Below, one piece after another: positions 38,882 to 50,371 of a stretch of DNA of 64,000 bases. Within the stretch, counting starts at the first letter, position 1. Each line of letters opens with the position of its first letter. The notes beneath the pieces are model-generated. The model searched no databases, was not told where the DNA came from, and saw only the letters and a list, made by a program, of their open reading frames with translations. The position numbers and the translations under genes were made by a program. The DNA comes from Lama guanicoe (taxonomy: Eukaryota). The stretch covers positions 4,932,270-4,996,269 of the forward strand of contig MU054212.1 in NCBI GenBank assembly GCA_013239625.1. The letters run 5' to 3'.

Positions 38882-41302
38882 GTGGGAAGGGGTTTTGGCT
38901 AAGAAAGACTTCGAGAGGTGCTAAATGTAAGGAGAGAGGTTTTGGAATCGGATGAAAAGGAATGCTGCAAAGCTGGGAGTAAGGGGTGAATCTACCAATC
39001 TCTATATGTTGCACAAAAGTGTTTTGGTGCTGGAAGTAAAATTTTTCGTTGTTGTTACTGAATTCTAGAAATCTCGATGTCCTCAGTCCCCTTAACTATC
39101 AAAAGGATATAAAGGAAGTAATAGCACTTTGTTTATAGTGTTGCTCCACGCATTACAGCGGAGCGTGTTAGGTAAAATGCCCAGAAGAGTATGTCCACTC
39201 AGGAATGTCAGGCATTATTTTATTATGTAATTATGTTTTATTCATGTTAGACTTGTGAACATGCTGAGACTCCACCAAAAGTATTTGTATGGTTCTCCGT
39301 TTACACAAAGAAGTTGAAGGAAAAAATCTATTAGAAATGTCATAGTCCTGTGTGGGCAGCAGTGATCTACTGATGAAGATTAAGAATAATTAGTAGAGAA
39401 GAGATAGTTACATGTTTGCTTATCGTCTAATTAGTGCATATGAAGATTTTTTTGCCGTGTCCAGAAAATACCTCTTCACGTTCTTTATTTTCAAATGTGG
39501 CTGTCCCTGGCTAATGTCATCTGTTCCTGTGTCAACATGAGGATAAGTGGAAGTACTACTGTTACAATGCCATGCGTCTTTGGAACATGTTTATATTGCA
39601 CCAATATAGATCTTCTTGCCTCCCAGTTTTCCTCTACTAAGTATTGAATTCCATTTATGTAATTTTGCATGATGCTGCGTTATCCACCAGACCACACATG
39701 CCCTGGTTTCCAGTGACTCTCAAAGGGCATCACTGTGCTTCATTGATAATAAACACATATGAAAGTTTTATTTTGAGTTCATAGAAAATGTGGGCAGTAA
39801 TTTGTTTTTTGTTTATGTTGCACATGAGTAGGGTTTTTGCTGTTTAGAAATTGGATTATCTCCCGCTTCCAGCTTATACTCACTGCCTCTATTTAGCCTT
39901 CCTTACAAGCCCAGTGATGATTTTTTCCTACTTCTTATGAATTCCAATAACAATTTTGAACCACATTTAAGGTATCTGTCATATATATATTTAGTACTTT
40001 TAAGATACTTCCCCTGATTAGGTTTTTTTTTAGTGTATTATATGTCCTATATATTTTCTTCTAACATATATTCAGCATGCATCAATTATTCAATAAATGC
40101 TTACTGAATTTCAAAGCATAGTTTATTTGTTCCCGATGTTAAGTAATGTTATACAACAATGAAGTAATAGCATATTCTGTTTTCACTTACACTTACTAAC
40201 TGCTGCAATAGATCACCATCGCATTTCATCTGCATCATCAAGAAAGATGTCTCTTTAGTCTAGCAGATGCCTCAGTACTTTTCCCTGGGACTCTCAATGT
40301 CTGTTTTCCCTAAACAATTGCATGATTAGAACTATATCTGATTAATGTAATGTTTTAGTTTATGTTAAACTGTAATTAATTTCCCCTTAAACTCTTACTA
40401 GCACTGAAGCCATTGCTAAGAATACATTTGAGATCATTTCTGAAAGCAAAGTTCAATAGGAAAAGTAAGAAAAAATGTTAGGGAATCAGCTGTCCAGAGG
40501 AATGTAGAAAAACTTTAAACGAAGAGGATAGTGAAGGTGCTTAGGCTAACCTTTGGCCTCACTCTCGAAGATTACCCTTTTAATCTAAGTGTTTAGAGAG
40601 TTTATTTTGCCTTCTCTGTACAGCCTCAAATCTTTAATCCTAAATATTTAACATGAGTCTAAATAGGGGAGAAAAAACTATGAAGACTTGGCAATTTTAT
40701 GGTAAACATTGTCTAAGAAGATTTTCTTTCTTTTTTTGTTGAAAGGGGAAATAATTTTTACACTTTACATAATGAAGTACAAACTGTAAATTCATTAATG
40801 AAATACATTGTAAATCACTTCTCTTTCAGCATAAACTCTGTTCTCTTTACTTATAAATCAGATTGTTTGCCACATATATTAACTTACTGACTGAGCCCCT
40901 AGGTCACTTGGAATAGTTGACTAATTATTTCCTTCTAATAAAGAAATTTTATTCATATTTAGTCCTTCTAACATATAACAAAATATCTTACTTTGATATG
41001 TTTGGCACAGAGATAAATCTATCTCCTTTTTCTCTCTTTGTCATTTTAGCAGTTGCCTTTAAAAATGTACTACAAAAACCAGTCATGTATCCTAATAAAT
41101 CTGTAATGTGTTATGTCTCTGGGATCTGGGTTATACAGAGTTGATGGTCACCATCTCAGTCATGTATAACCAGCCTTGGGATAAAATTTATAAAGTCTAC
41201 TCCGGCCCACTATTATTTATGTAGATCTGTTGGCCTAGTCTGTCCAACTATTGAAGAAGAAGAAAATATATTATACCCGCAAAGTTTAAAACTATATTAT
41301 GG

Positions 41303-41544
41303 CTATAGGGAAAGAAAACTGATTAGTGGGTTATCACTAGGAACTGAGGGTAGGAGGAAATGGACAATAAATGCATAATGGATATAGGGTTTTATGTTAG
41401 GCTAATAAAAATATTTTGGAAACATAAATTTGGAACTAGGTAAAGGTGATGTTTGCAAAGCATTGTAAATGTACTAAGGGCCACTGACTCATATAGTTTA
41501 ACGTGGTTAATTTTATGTTATGTGAATTTTACCTCAATAAAAAA
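41303..41544 (+). mobile_element. L1MB-like 3' end
   Basis: ggtgatgtttgcaaagcattgtaaatgtacta..gccactga..ggttaattttatgttatgtgaattttacctcaataaaaa; perfect 15-bp TSD aaaactatattatgg (41288-41302, 41545-41559). Confidence 0.9.
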
Positions 41545-41895
41545 AAAACTATATTATGGGACTCTCAGTCCAAAACTTTCAAAGGTTTTCTGACAAAAAA
41601 TAGTGATTCACCTATGTGTGGATGTGAGAGGATCCATTGTAAGAGTTCTATTTCAGTGTTTTCTTGTCCAAATCTGGTCTCAGTCCAATTACTAGCATTA
41701 CCGTCATCAGCCACCAGTGCATTCCTATCTCGTAATCTGCATTTTCTTTTTGTTTTTTCACCCCATTACTTTAGTCATAATGTCCTATTGCTCCTAATTC
41801 TCCTTATCCATCTCAGTGAATGGATTTTTTTGCACTCTTCACTTCTGAATTTCGCAGATCAGAAATGAGTGTTTCACCTTTGACCTTTTCTGTTC

Positions 41896-42385
41896 GTTGA
41901 TATGCAGAATAATCGTCCTCAAAAATATCCATGTCCTAATCTCCAGAACCTGTCAATATGTTAGTTTAAGTGGCAAAAGAGACAGTGAAGATGTGGTCAA
42001 GTTAAGGACCTTGGGAGGAGGCAGTTTTCCTACACTATTTGGGTGGACCCAATCTAATCCAGTCCTTAAGATCCAGTTATCTTTCCCAGCTGTGGTAGGA
42101 GAGGGAGATATGGCTATGGAAGAGGGTTCAGGAAGATGCAACTACTAGCTTTAAAGGTGGAGGAAGGGGTTATAAGCCAAAACTCTCTATAAGCTAGAAA
42201 AAGTGAAGAAGTGAATTATCCCCAAAACCATCCAGAAAAGAACACAATGCTGCCAACACCTTAATTTTAGTTCCGCAAGACCTGTGTAGCCTCTGATCTA
42301 CAGAACTGTAAAATAATAGTTTTATGTTATTTTAAGCAACTACATTTCTGATCATTTATTATAGCAGCAAGAGTAAACTAATACA
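41896..42385 (+). mobile_element. MLT1D-like MaLR solo LTR
   Basis: gcagaataat..atccatgtcctaatctccagaacctg..ggcaaaagagac..cagaactgtaaaataat..ttttaagc..atagcagcaa..aaactaataca. Confidence 0.88.
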
Positions 42386-42429
42386 TCTTTTGCTCTCATA
42401 AGATCTGTGATAAATGTCTCCTTATTTTT

Positions 42430-43075
42430 CAGATATATTTACTTTTTCCCACTTATACCTTTACTGCCTTGTTTCATGATTCATTACGTTTTTGGACCAT
42501 AGCAATAAATTCATAAATACTTCTCTTTTATTTCTAAAGTCACTTTAATTCATTTTCCACACTACAGTCAGAATTGCCATGCTAAGAGACAAATCTGAGT
42601 ATAAATTACTAATAAATCCCATCAATCATTTCTATTACCCTCCGGATAAAGTCCAATCTCCTCATATGTTTCACCAGGCCCTTTATGATCTAGTTCCTGA
42701 TCTCTTGCTTTACCTTCCAATGACTTATGGTCCAAATATACAAGAAGTTCCCACGAAACACCCTGTTTTCTCCTGCTTTTGGGTATGTAAGAATATTCCC
42801 TCATTTACACTGCCATCTCTGCCTAGTTGACATGTATTTGTTCTTTACCCATCAATACACATGTTGCCTTTTTTGGGAGGTCTTTTCTGAACTCATAAAA
42901 TTAGGTTTCCTATTACTATTTGCTCCTGCCCTCATTGCATCTGTGATAAGCTCAGTCATAGTATTTATCAGTCTACTGAATGGTGTCATTTAGTTTTAAC
43001 ACTAGACTATAACTTTCTTGATTTTTGAATCAGCACTAGGTATCCAAATATAATACATAAATTAATGAATAAATG
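42430..43075 (+). mobile_element. L2 3' portion
   Basis: gataaagtccaatctcct..ggccctttatgatct..ctagactataactttcttga..aatgaataaatg. Confidence 0.7.
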
Positions 43076-43271
43076 TAGGTATTTTACCTTTTACCAAGAA
43101 GGATGCATATATATGCATGCATACCAGCACTTTACCATTTACCTAAGGTAATATCTACCTTACTGTAACTTTACATTGACAATTGTATGTTATAGTATGC
43201 ATTTAATCAAAATATTACTATTAAGAAATAATGCTTGCTGAATGATGTGGAGAAGGCCCTCGGAGTATTAC

Positions 43272-43363
43272 CTGGTGGACGTTTAACTTCTTCATTTATG
43301 TTTACCCCACTGCATCCGAAATAATGAATCTGGTGACTTCTGTCTAAATTGTAGGCATACTGC
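43272..43363 (-). CDS. Candidate internal coding exon (92 nt, phase 2 to 1), product unknown
   Basis: Acceptor tctggttcattcttcctAG|, donor CAG|GTAATA; only one frame open: QYAYNLDRSHQIHYFGCSGVNINEEVKRPP. Confidence 0.5.
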
Positions 43364-43969
43364 CTAGGAAGAATGAACCAGATTTTAGAAGTTTGCCTTG
43401 CAAATCCAAACCTATTAAATGCCACAGAATGTCTCAGCATGTCATACAGTAATGCAGTTATCACTGTCATTAATTATTGCATTCTAAATTGCCCTTTTAA
43501 TCATGTCTTAAAAGAGGAAATTATGATTACTTTCTGCTCTTTATCATTTATCTCTTCTCACTGTATGTGAAGAAGCAATATATGAATCTGAAAGAATAGT
43601 TATAATGAAGCCATCAAAGAATATTTTAGTTAATACATTTAAAGTTCTCCCGAAAAACCATATGAATATTGAAAATATTAGGTATATTAGCCAATTCTTG
43701 AGCCTGCTAGTTGCTATTATTATGTTAACAATTCAAAGGCCATCATATAATGTTATCTTAACTTAGAAAAGTTTAAAAGAAGTGTTATAGTGACTTTTAG
43801 GGTATATATCATTTATACAATTATGTATTATGGGAAAATAAATAGAAATGCAAACTCAACTTTTGCTTCTGAAGAGAAACATAAGTACTCAGTGACTTAC
43901 TTACATATAGTATATTATTCAGATGTAGTAGACTAAAAGTCCAAATAAACTTCTAATTTAGATTATTCA

Positions 43970-44150
43970 TGCATTAGTTGTTTGCCCATGAGTGTATCTT
44001 ACTTTAAATGGGATATAGTTTATTAATTTATAAAATGAGGTTAATATTTCTTCCACCTCCCTCTGTCATAGAATTAAGAGAGTATATTAAACAAGATAGG
44101 ATATTATACAACCCTAAAATTATAACAATTTGGCATTATTATTAAAATGA
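43970..44150 (+). mobile_element. MIR fragment
   Basis: tttataaaatgaggttaata..attaaacaagata. Confidence 0.45.
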
Positions 44151-45329
44151 AAAATACTCAACTATGACCAGGGTGAACACTTATTAATATAAATAGGTAA
44201 TATAAATTATTTGAAAATAAACAATGTTTCAATTTAAACATTTTCTCTAACAGTCACCAAATTAAAACATTTCCTATCCCAAGTAAACTATCTTATATGA
44301 TAAATTCATTGTGTTATCAGTTGTTGCTTTTGCATCATCTTAAAATACTAAAACCAGATTGCATTGATTATATGTTGGATGGTGATGGGGATAGAGATTA
44401 TCCACAGCATTGTTGTCCATGTAGTTTGTATTAAATAAACAGCAACAACTTGCATCAAAGACAAATGAAAATAAGAATCTTGCCCTCAAAGATATGACAG
44501 TCAAGAGAAAAAAATCAGCGCTTTCTTAAATTCAAAATATCTGGTGCGTTATAAAGTTATAATTATTGTATTGCAAAGTTTGCTATGACATATGAAAGAC
44601 TAACAAATGAAATTCAATATGTATACAGTGGGCATCATGCACTTTCATATGTCCCAAGTTCACTAATGAAATAATTGCTAGGATTACATAAATTGAATAA
44701 TCATTTTTCATACATAAAAAGGATTAAGGATCAGGGAAATTAAGTAATCAGTTTGTACAAATTAAAAAGATTGAAGCTTATGGGAAAGAATTTAAATCAA
44801 GAGGTGACAGACTCTTGCACTACTCAAAAGACATGAAACAGAGCTGTGGTCCAATGAGAAAGCTCGTTTGCCTAAGAAACAAGATATGTGTTTAAATCCT
44901 ATTTCTCAAATATTACTTATATGACTGGGTAATTGAGGGAATTGCCTTGAGTTTTAGGTTCCTGTGAAATAAAAAATTAAACATCTGCTCTACTCCCCTT
45001 ACAAAACTTAACTGAAACTTACAATTTAGTATATCAACTATTAAAAAGCTGTATGTCTTCTTCAAGAAAGAAAAAATGCAATAATAAAGAGAAAGCATTT
45101 ATTGAACTTAATAGGAGATTGAAAATTATGTATTACAAATACATAATAATTTATAAATATGAAAAATACAGATGACTAAATTGAGAATTTTTAAATAAAA
45201 TAAAATAGTCTTTAAAAAGAATGATAAAGTATCAGGAATAAGAAAAATTACAGGATGTTACATGAAGAGAAAAAATATAATAATTAAAAAAATTTAATGG
45301 AGTGAATCTTACAGCTATTTCTGTCCCTT

Positions 45330-46100
45330 CCAGACTGAAGAGACAGAAAATTCAAGGTCACAAAGTGGGCTTATATCTGGTGTGTTCAAAGAAAAATAGC
45401 AAGAAGGCAAGTGTGGCCTTGTTAGGGAGGAGAGAATTGTAGGAGATGAAATCAAAGTTAGCCTGTGGTCATATTAAGGTAGATTTCCAAGGTCATTGTA
45501 AGGATCTGGGTTTTTGTTTAGAAAGAAATGAGATGCTATTGAGGGATCTGAATAGAGTAAGAACAGAATCTTTCTAAAATATCTCTTTTCCTGCCAAATA
45601 GACTGAAAGGAGTCATTCAGCAGGTATTACAATGATTCACTTGCTGAAGATCAAAGCAGCTCAACATGTCAGGAAAGGAGGCTGTTGCAAAAGCTGCAAG
45701 AGATGAGAATTTTGACAAAGCACTGGCTAATTAGATCTTAATGGTCAAATATCGAACACATATTTTGTTTAGAATGAACAGAAATTGCTTTTAGCAATCA
45801 CCCCAAGTCTCTCTCTCTTTTTCTTTTTCTTTCTTTGTTCTTCTTCTTCTTGTTTTTTTTTTTTTTTTCCACAACTGGGAGACTGAAATGGCATTTATTG
45901 AGATGAAGGTTTGGGAACAGTAGGTTTAGGGTATGAGGATATTGAGGCTAAGTTTGGGTGTTACTCTTGAGCTAGTCAACTATGGCCAGAGAGTTGGAGT
46001 CGGGTGAAAACATAGCAGTTTCTAGGGAAAACAAGTAGATGAGGTGGTGAAAATACAAATTGTCAAAAGAAAATGAAAGAGGGAGTGTGATTCTCTCAGA
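45330..46100 (-). mobile_element. L2 fragments interrupted by a CT/T-rich simple repeat (about 45808-45868)
   Basis: tggtgtgttcaaagaa..agcaagaaggcaagtgtggc..gtaggagatgaa..ggtcattgtaagga. Confidence 0.7.
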
Positions 46101-46280
46101 AAGCATAGCAAGTGACAAGGCAGGGAGAAGAATAGTTTCCACCAAACCCTGAGCCCTGTTCTCATCTGTGTTCCAACCTCATGTGCGAACAAACCTTTCT
46201 CTTTCAGATGTTGTTTTTTCTCTGAGTAATTTTTGTAAATGTCAATGAGTCAAAAACACTAACACAAAGTAGGTATAAAT

Positions 46281-46770
46281 TGTTGGGGGACGCTTGGAGC
46301 AGCCAGTGACACGGGTTTGTGAGAAGAATTTACCGGAAAGGGAGAAGTTTAAGGACAACAGAAAGTTTATATCTATGCGCGGCAGGCAGCAGTGGGCCAC
46401 ACAGGCAAGAGGCGCCCGCGTGTCTACCGAGTGTCAACGTACAGGATCTTCACTGAGGAGGGGGCTGTGGACACAAAGAGATAGGGGAACAGATTGCTGA
46501 TTGGCTGTAAATGAGGTAAGGGGCTTTGGTATATGGGAGGATAGAGGATTTATGACTCCAGTAAGATGGAGACATGGGCTGAGAAAAGTCAGGCTGAACG
46601 ACGTAAGGCTAGTCATTTCCCACGGCTGTTAATTCTGCTAAAACAAACACGTTAGGAAAGGGTGCACTTTGTTTTTGGTTTTGGTCTTTGGTTTTGAGGG
46701 ATTGCAGGTGGACATCTGAGAGCCCAGGAAAGAGAGTCACGGGTCTCAGCAGGCACCAGTTGGCACTGCG
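46281..46770 (-). mobile_element. CpG-rich ERV solo LTR (family not identified)
   Basis: Sharp GC/CpG island in AT-rich DNA; left end tgtt (minus-strand ...aaca); 5-bp direct repeat taaat at 46276-46280 and 46771-46775; CCAAT box on the minus strand (gattgg near 46500). Confidence 0.7.
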
Positions 46771-48669
46771 TAAATTATCAATGGACTATATCAAATTATG
46801 ACTAAATTGATTGAATTCAGGCTTATCAGAGTCACAGTTGGTTAATTTCTTCAATTTATGTGCATTTTTTAATTCAAAGTACTGCAGACAATAACAGAAG
46901 ATTATTCAATTTGCACTATTATTGGTATTAGTCTTTTGAGATTCTTTTTAAGATCCACAATGTACACACAGTTCCTCAGCAACTTGTTGTTTCTAGAGGA
47001 TTCCAGAGAGGGAATTATCTCTGAATTACTACAATTTTACCTGGATTTTTATAAACATAAGTTGTTATCAAGCTGGTTTTAAGTTTTAGACCAGGGTTCT
47101 ATTAAAATGCAACCAACACACGCTCCCTCAAAACATACATTTATCATGTATATTTAATTTTTAGAACAAATTATCTCACATAATACTCATTTATGTAATG
47201 AAGTACAAATTTGATTCTGAGCTAAAAATTGCATTCATAACTTCCACATTATGATAATTGAAATAAGTAAAGTTCTATATTCTTTAGATTTTGTGAAATA
47301 TTCATGTTAATATTCAAAACAAAAAATTTTTTTTTGAAAAAAAAAACAGATAATTTACTCTCTAGAACACTCTCTTTGTTGGTGCCATTTGATTGCTTTT
47401 TTTCCTTTCAACTTTATTTCAGATTATACAGATAATAAATGAATACCATTTTTCCATTCATTTAATGTTTCTTGATTATGTTTTCCAAGCTTTCTCTAGA
47501 GCTTAGTTTTGTATTATAGCAACTAAGTCTCACATGGGCACACATCTGAACTACAATGACCTCACATCATTTTTCAAGATTTATTAATCTCAGATTAGAG
47601 TGCTTAACCCGTATACTTAAATGTCATGTACATTCTCAGCCAGACACTCTTGTCTACTCTTAACAAACTAAAATTTTAAAAAATTAATCCAGGACATTTC
47701 ACAAATTAAAATTTGAACTATTTGGAAGTCCAGAAACAACATCTTTAATTGGCTGACTTCCAGGGGCTCTTCTAGCATGGATGTTTCTGATCAAAGTACA
47801 TATATCTCTTTCCCAATATTTTTAACAGTATTTTTTTCTTTTGATTTATCTGAATTTCATGTTAATCAACAATAAAAGTAGGAAAATAAAATTTTATATC
47901 TAAAATGCTCTCATTTTCTTTTAATCTGTTATATCACAGCTTTAAGCATTCAGTAATTTCTGTTAAAAAAAGACTGTCTAACTTTGGAAGTCTTCAAGAA
48001 AAAATTGGAATAATTTACTTGATTTTTTTGACAATTATTTACTTTTTTCACAAAATATAACAAGAATGAGAATTGTTATTAAATTTATATAATGTAGTAT
48101 TAGAATTCATCTATGGGTATACATTCCATTAGTTAATTAGATACATATAATAGTTAATAAACATAAGTGTATTGCTGATGATAACATAGTGGTATCACTT
48201 TAGTATTTCACTAAAGTGTTATTAGTGTAGTGAAGTGAATTTTTCATAGACACTAGGAAATAAAAAAAATACTACCTATAATGCTAGAATATAAATGATT
48301 TATCATTTATATAAAGGTATAGGCTATTGTGGTGAAAGAAATAACCTTTGTGACTCTGACAATATTTAAGGTATATGCTACCTAAAATAAACTATTTCCT
48401 CTTTTCCTTCTAAAGCTTAATTAGATACTGTAACTGCTAATATGTGTCCAGTGCTCTGTCCCAGGTAATCAACATGACAAGTATTCTTTCTCTTCTCAAT
48501 TATACAGAAATGAGATTTTCTGTCTTCGAAGTTTCAGACTTAGGTTTCTACTTCCACAGAAAGATCTTTTCAAAGTATAGCCTGTTCACAGTCATCTTGA
48601 ACTATATTTGCGCAGTTCCAAATTCTGTAAAATAAGAAAGCAGAAGAGCACATTTAAAAGATTACTAGA

Positions 48670-48830
48670 AAAGAGTAAACCAGAGGCTTTTATCCCACTT
48701 TTCACTAGTTATGTTTGTGACCTTGGGTAAACCACTTAATCTGCTTGAGTCTCATATTTCTAAGCTGCAACATAATGAATTATCATACTACCTCTCATAT
48801 TTTAATATTTGGGGATTTCTAGCTCATAAA
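48670..48830 (+). mobile_element. MIR fragment
   Basis: tgtgaccttgggtaaaccacttaatctgcttgagtctca. Confidence 0.7.
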
Positions 48831-49030
48831 TATGCTGATTACTGAGTATAAACTTTTTCTGAATGTCATTTCTGATATATAGGAAAAAATTAGAATTTAA
48901 TAAAGTCTTCTTCGGAGGCCCCTTCACAAAATTGCCCTTCCAATTGGTGTTCTTCTTACTAATGCTGTGTATGGTGAAACAAATTAAATATTGGCCTGAT
49001 GTCCTCTTTCTTAGTTAACTTCTCCAGTGG

Positions 49031-49357
49031 TCATGAATCAGTGGTGGCATGAGAATTCACGCGATGGGCATGCCTGCCTAAGGACCCAGGCAACGTTACT
49101 GATTTTTCTGGATTTGCTGTTTTACACAGCATAATTTCTCCAAACAATGATGGAATCTTCTCTTTGGTTTGTGTTGTAATGACTGGGGTATGAAATCTCT
49201 GATTAATTAATCTTGGGGCATGCCAAGTTTTTACCAAGGGAGCATAAATCCTGTCACACAGTTTCTGATGATAAAAAAAACCAACATGACATGAGGAATA
49301 CATATAAATATATTCGTTGATCTGACTTGATGGTCCCAGACACTGGAAACTGTTTCT
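49031..49357 (-). CDS. Candidate exon, 108 open codons from a phase-0 acceptor; donor uncertain
   Basis: Acceptor ctttttgctttaacctAG| (AG at 49358-49359); RNSFQCLGPSSQINEYIYMYSSCHVGFFYHQKLCDRIYAPLVKTWHAPRLINQRFHTP...; phase matches the donor at 55314. Confidence 0.35.
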   Translation of the reverse strand, partial: RNSFQCLGPSSQINEYIYMYSSCHVGFFYHQKLCDRIYAPLVKTWHAPRLINQRFHTPVITTQTKEKIPSLFGEIMLCKTANPEKSVTLPGSLGRHAHRVNSHATTDS

Positions 49358-49761
49358 CTAGGTTAAAGCAAAAAGTGTTTACTCTATTACACTTCTGTTT
49401 CTGTTTTCTCTCAGATAGATGTTTACCCTTGGATAGGCATAATCCTGGGAAGCCTGCTAACAGGATGCAGTCCAACAGAGTTAGATGCATCCCAATGAAA
49501 TGACACTGAGGCGCTCAGTCACCAGATGCTAGAAGCTCTTGACTAATCCACTCCTTTTCCTGCCTTAACATGCTCTTCTGACGTTGATATGGACCACAGA
49601 GCATAAAAGAGCACAAAACACATTCCCAGGAAAAAAAAAGTAGGTCTTCATCAATAACAGATTTTTTTCATAAGTAAAACCAAAGAGGAAATTTTTAAAA
49701 ATTATTTTATATTCCTTAGCTTTTCCCTAAAATATTATGTTAAGATAAAGGCATGTTAGAG

Positions 49762-49945
49762 CAGTAGTTCTCAACTGGGGATATCACTTACAAATCACAT
49801 CTCTAATTAGTTAATGATTCTAAATTCCTGTATGTAGAGATTCTTTCCAGTGGGTCTTTGTGAAGCCCCGGATTCTGTCCTTTAATCAGTATCAGTAGGT
49901 GATGTTGTTGCAAATTTTGTGTGAACAAGAGCTTGAGAAACAAGG
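49762..49945. mobile_element. MER5A/B-like hAT-Charlie MITE
   Basis: cagtagttctcaact ... ttgagaaacaagg termini; ttaga-containing 8-bp flanks (tgttagag, ccttagac). Confidence 0.75.
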
Positions 49946-50371
49946 CCTTAGACAAGTTCACTGTATATAGACTACCACACCACGCTGTTTGTAGACAATT
50001 CAAAATGACATAACTTGCAAATATTCTATGGAAGATGTTGCCCAGTAATACGATCGATAAATTTACACAATTTATGTCCACTTAAGATATTCTTCTTAGG
50101 ATTGCAGTTGTACCTTTATGGTGTTTGCCAAACTCATATAAGAATTGAAATATATTACCTAGATATTTTAATTTTAATCTAAATAATAAATTAGTTTTCC
50201 TGTGATTGAATTATGTAGGGAGTTGAACTTATAAATAATTCAATTATAAGGACATGTTTCTCATTTTATTTCTATCTAAAGAACCAGAGTCTCCTGCTCT
50301 CTTATTAAAACCATTTTACCTCTTTTATCTTGGGCACTAACTTCTTCTGTGGCCCCCTTTTCTGTTTTGAC

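Noticed and set aside
41503..41868. 121-aa ORF
   Set aside because: Starts in an L1 tail and runs through poly-A; low-complexity L/F/S composition typical of chance ORFs
43103..43118. Short palindromes (also 48196-48218 and 63813-63826)
   Set aside because: 9-16 bp AT-rich palindromes are expected by chance or slippage in 64 kb
48430..48626. Minus-strand exon after the strong acceptor ctttcttattttacAG
   Set aside because: All three frames stop within 20 codons and there is no good donor; at most a non-coding or decayed exon
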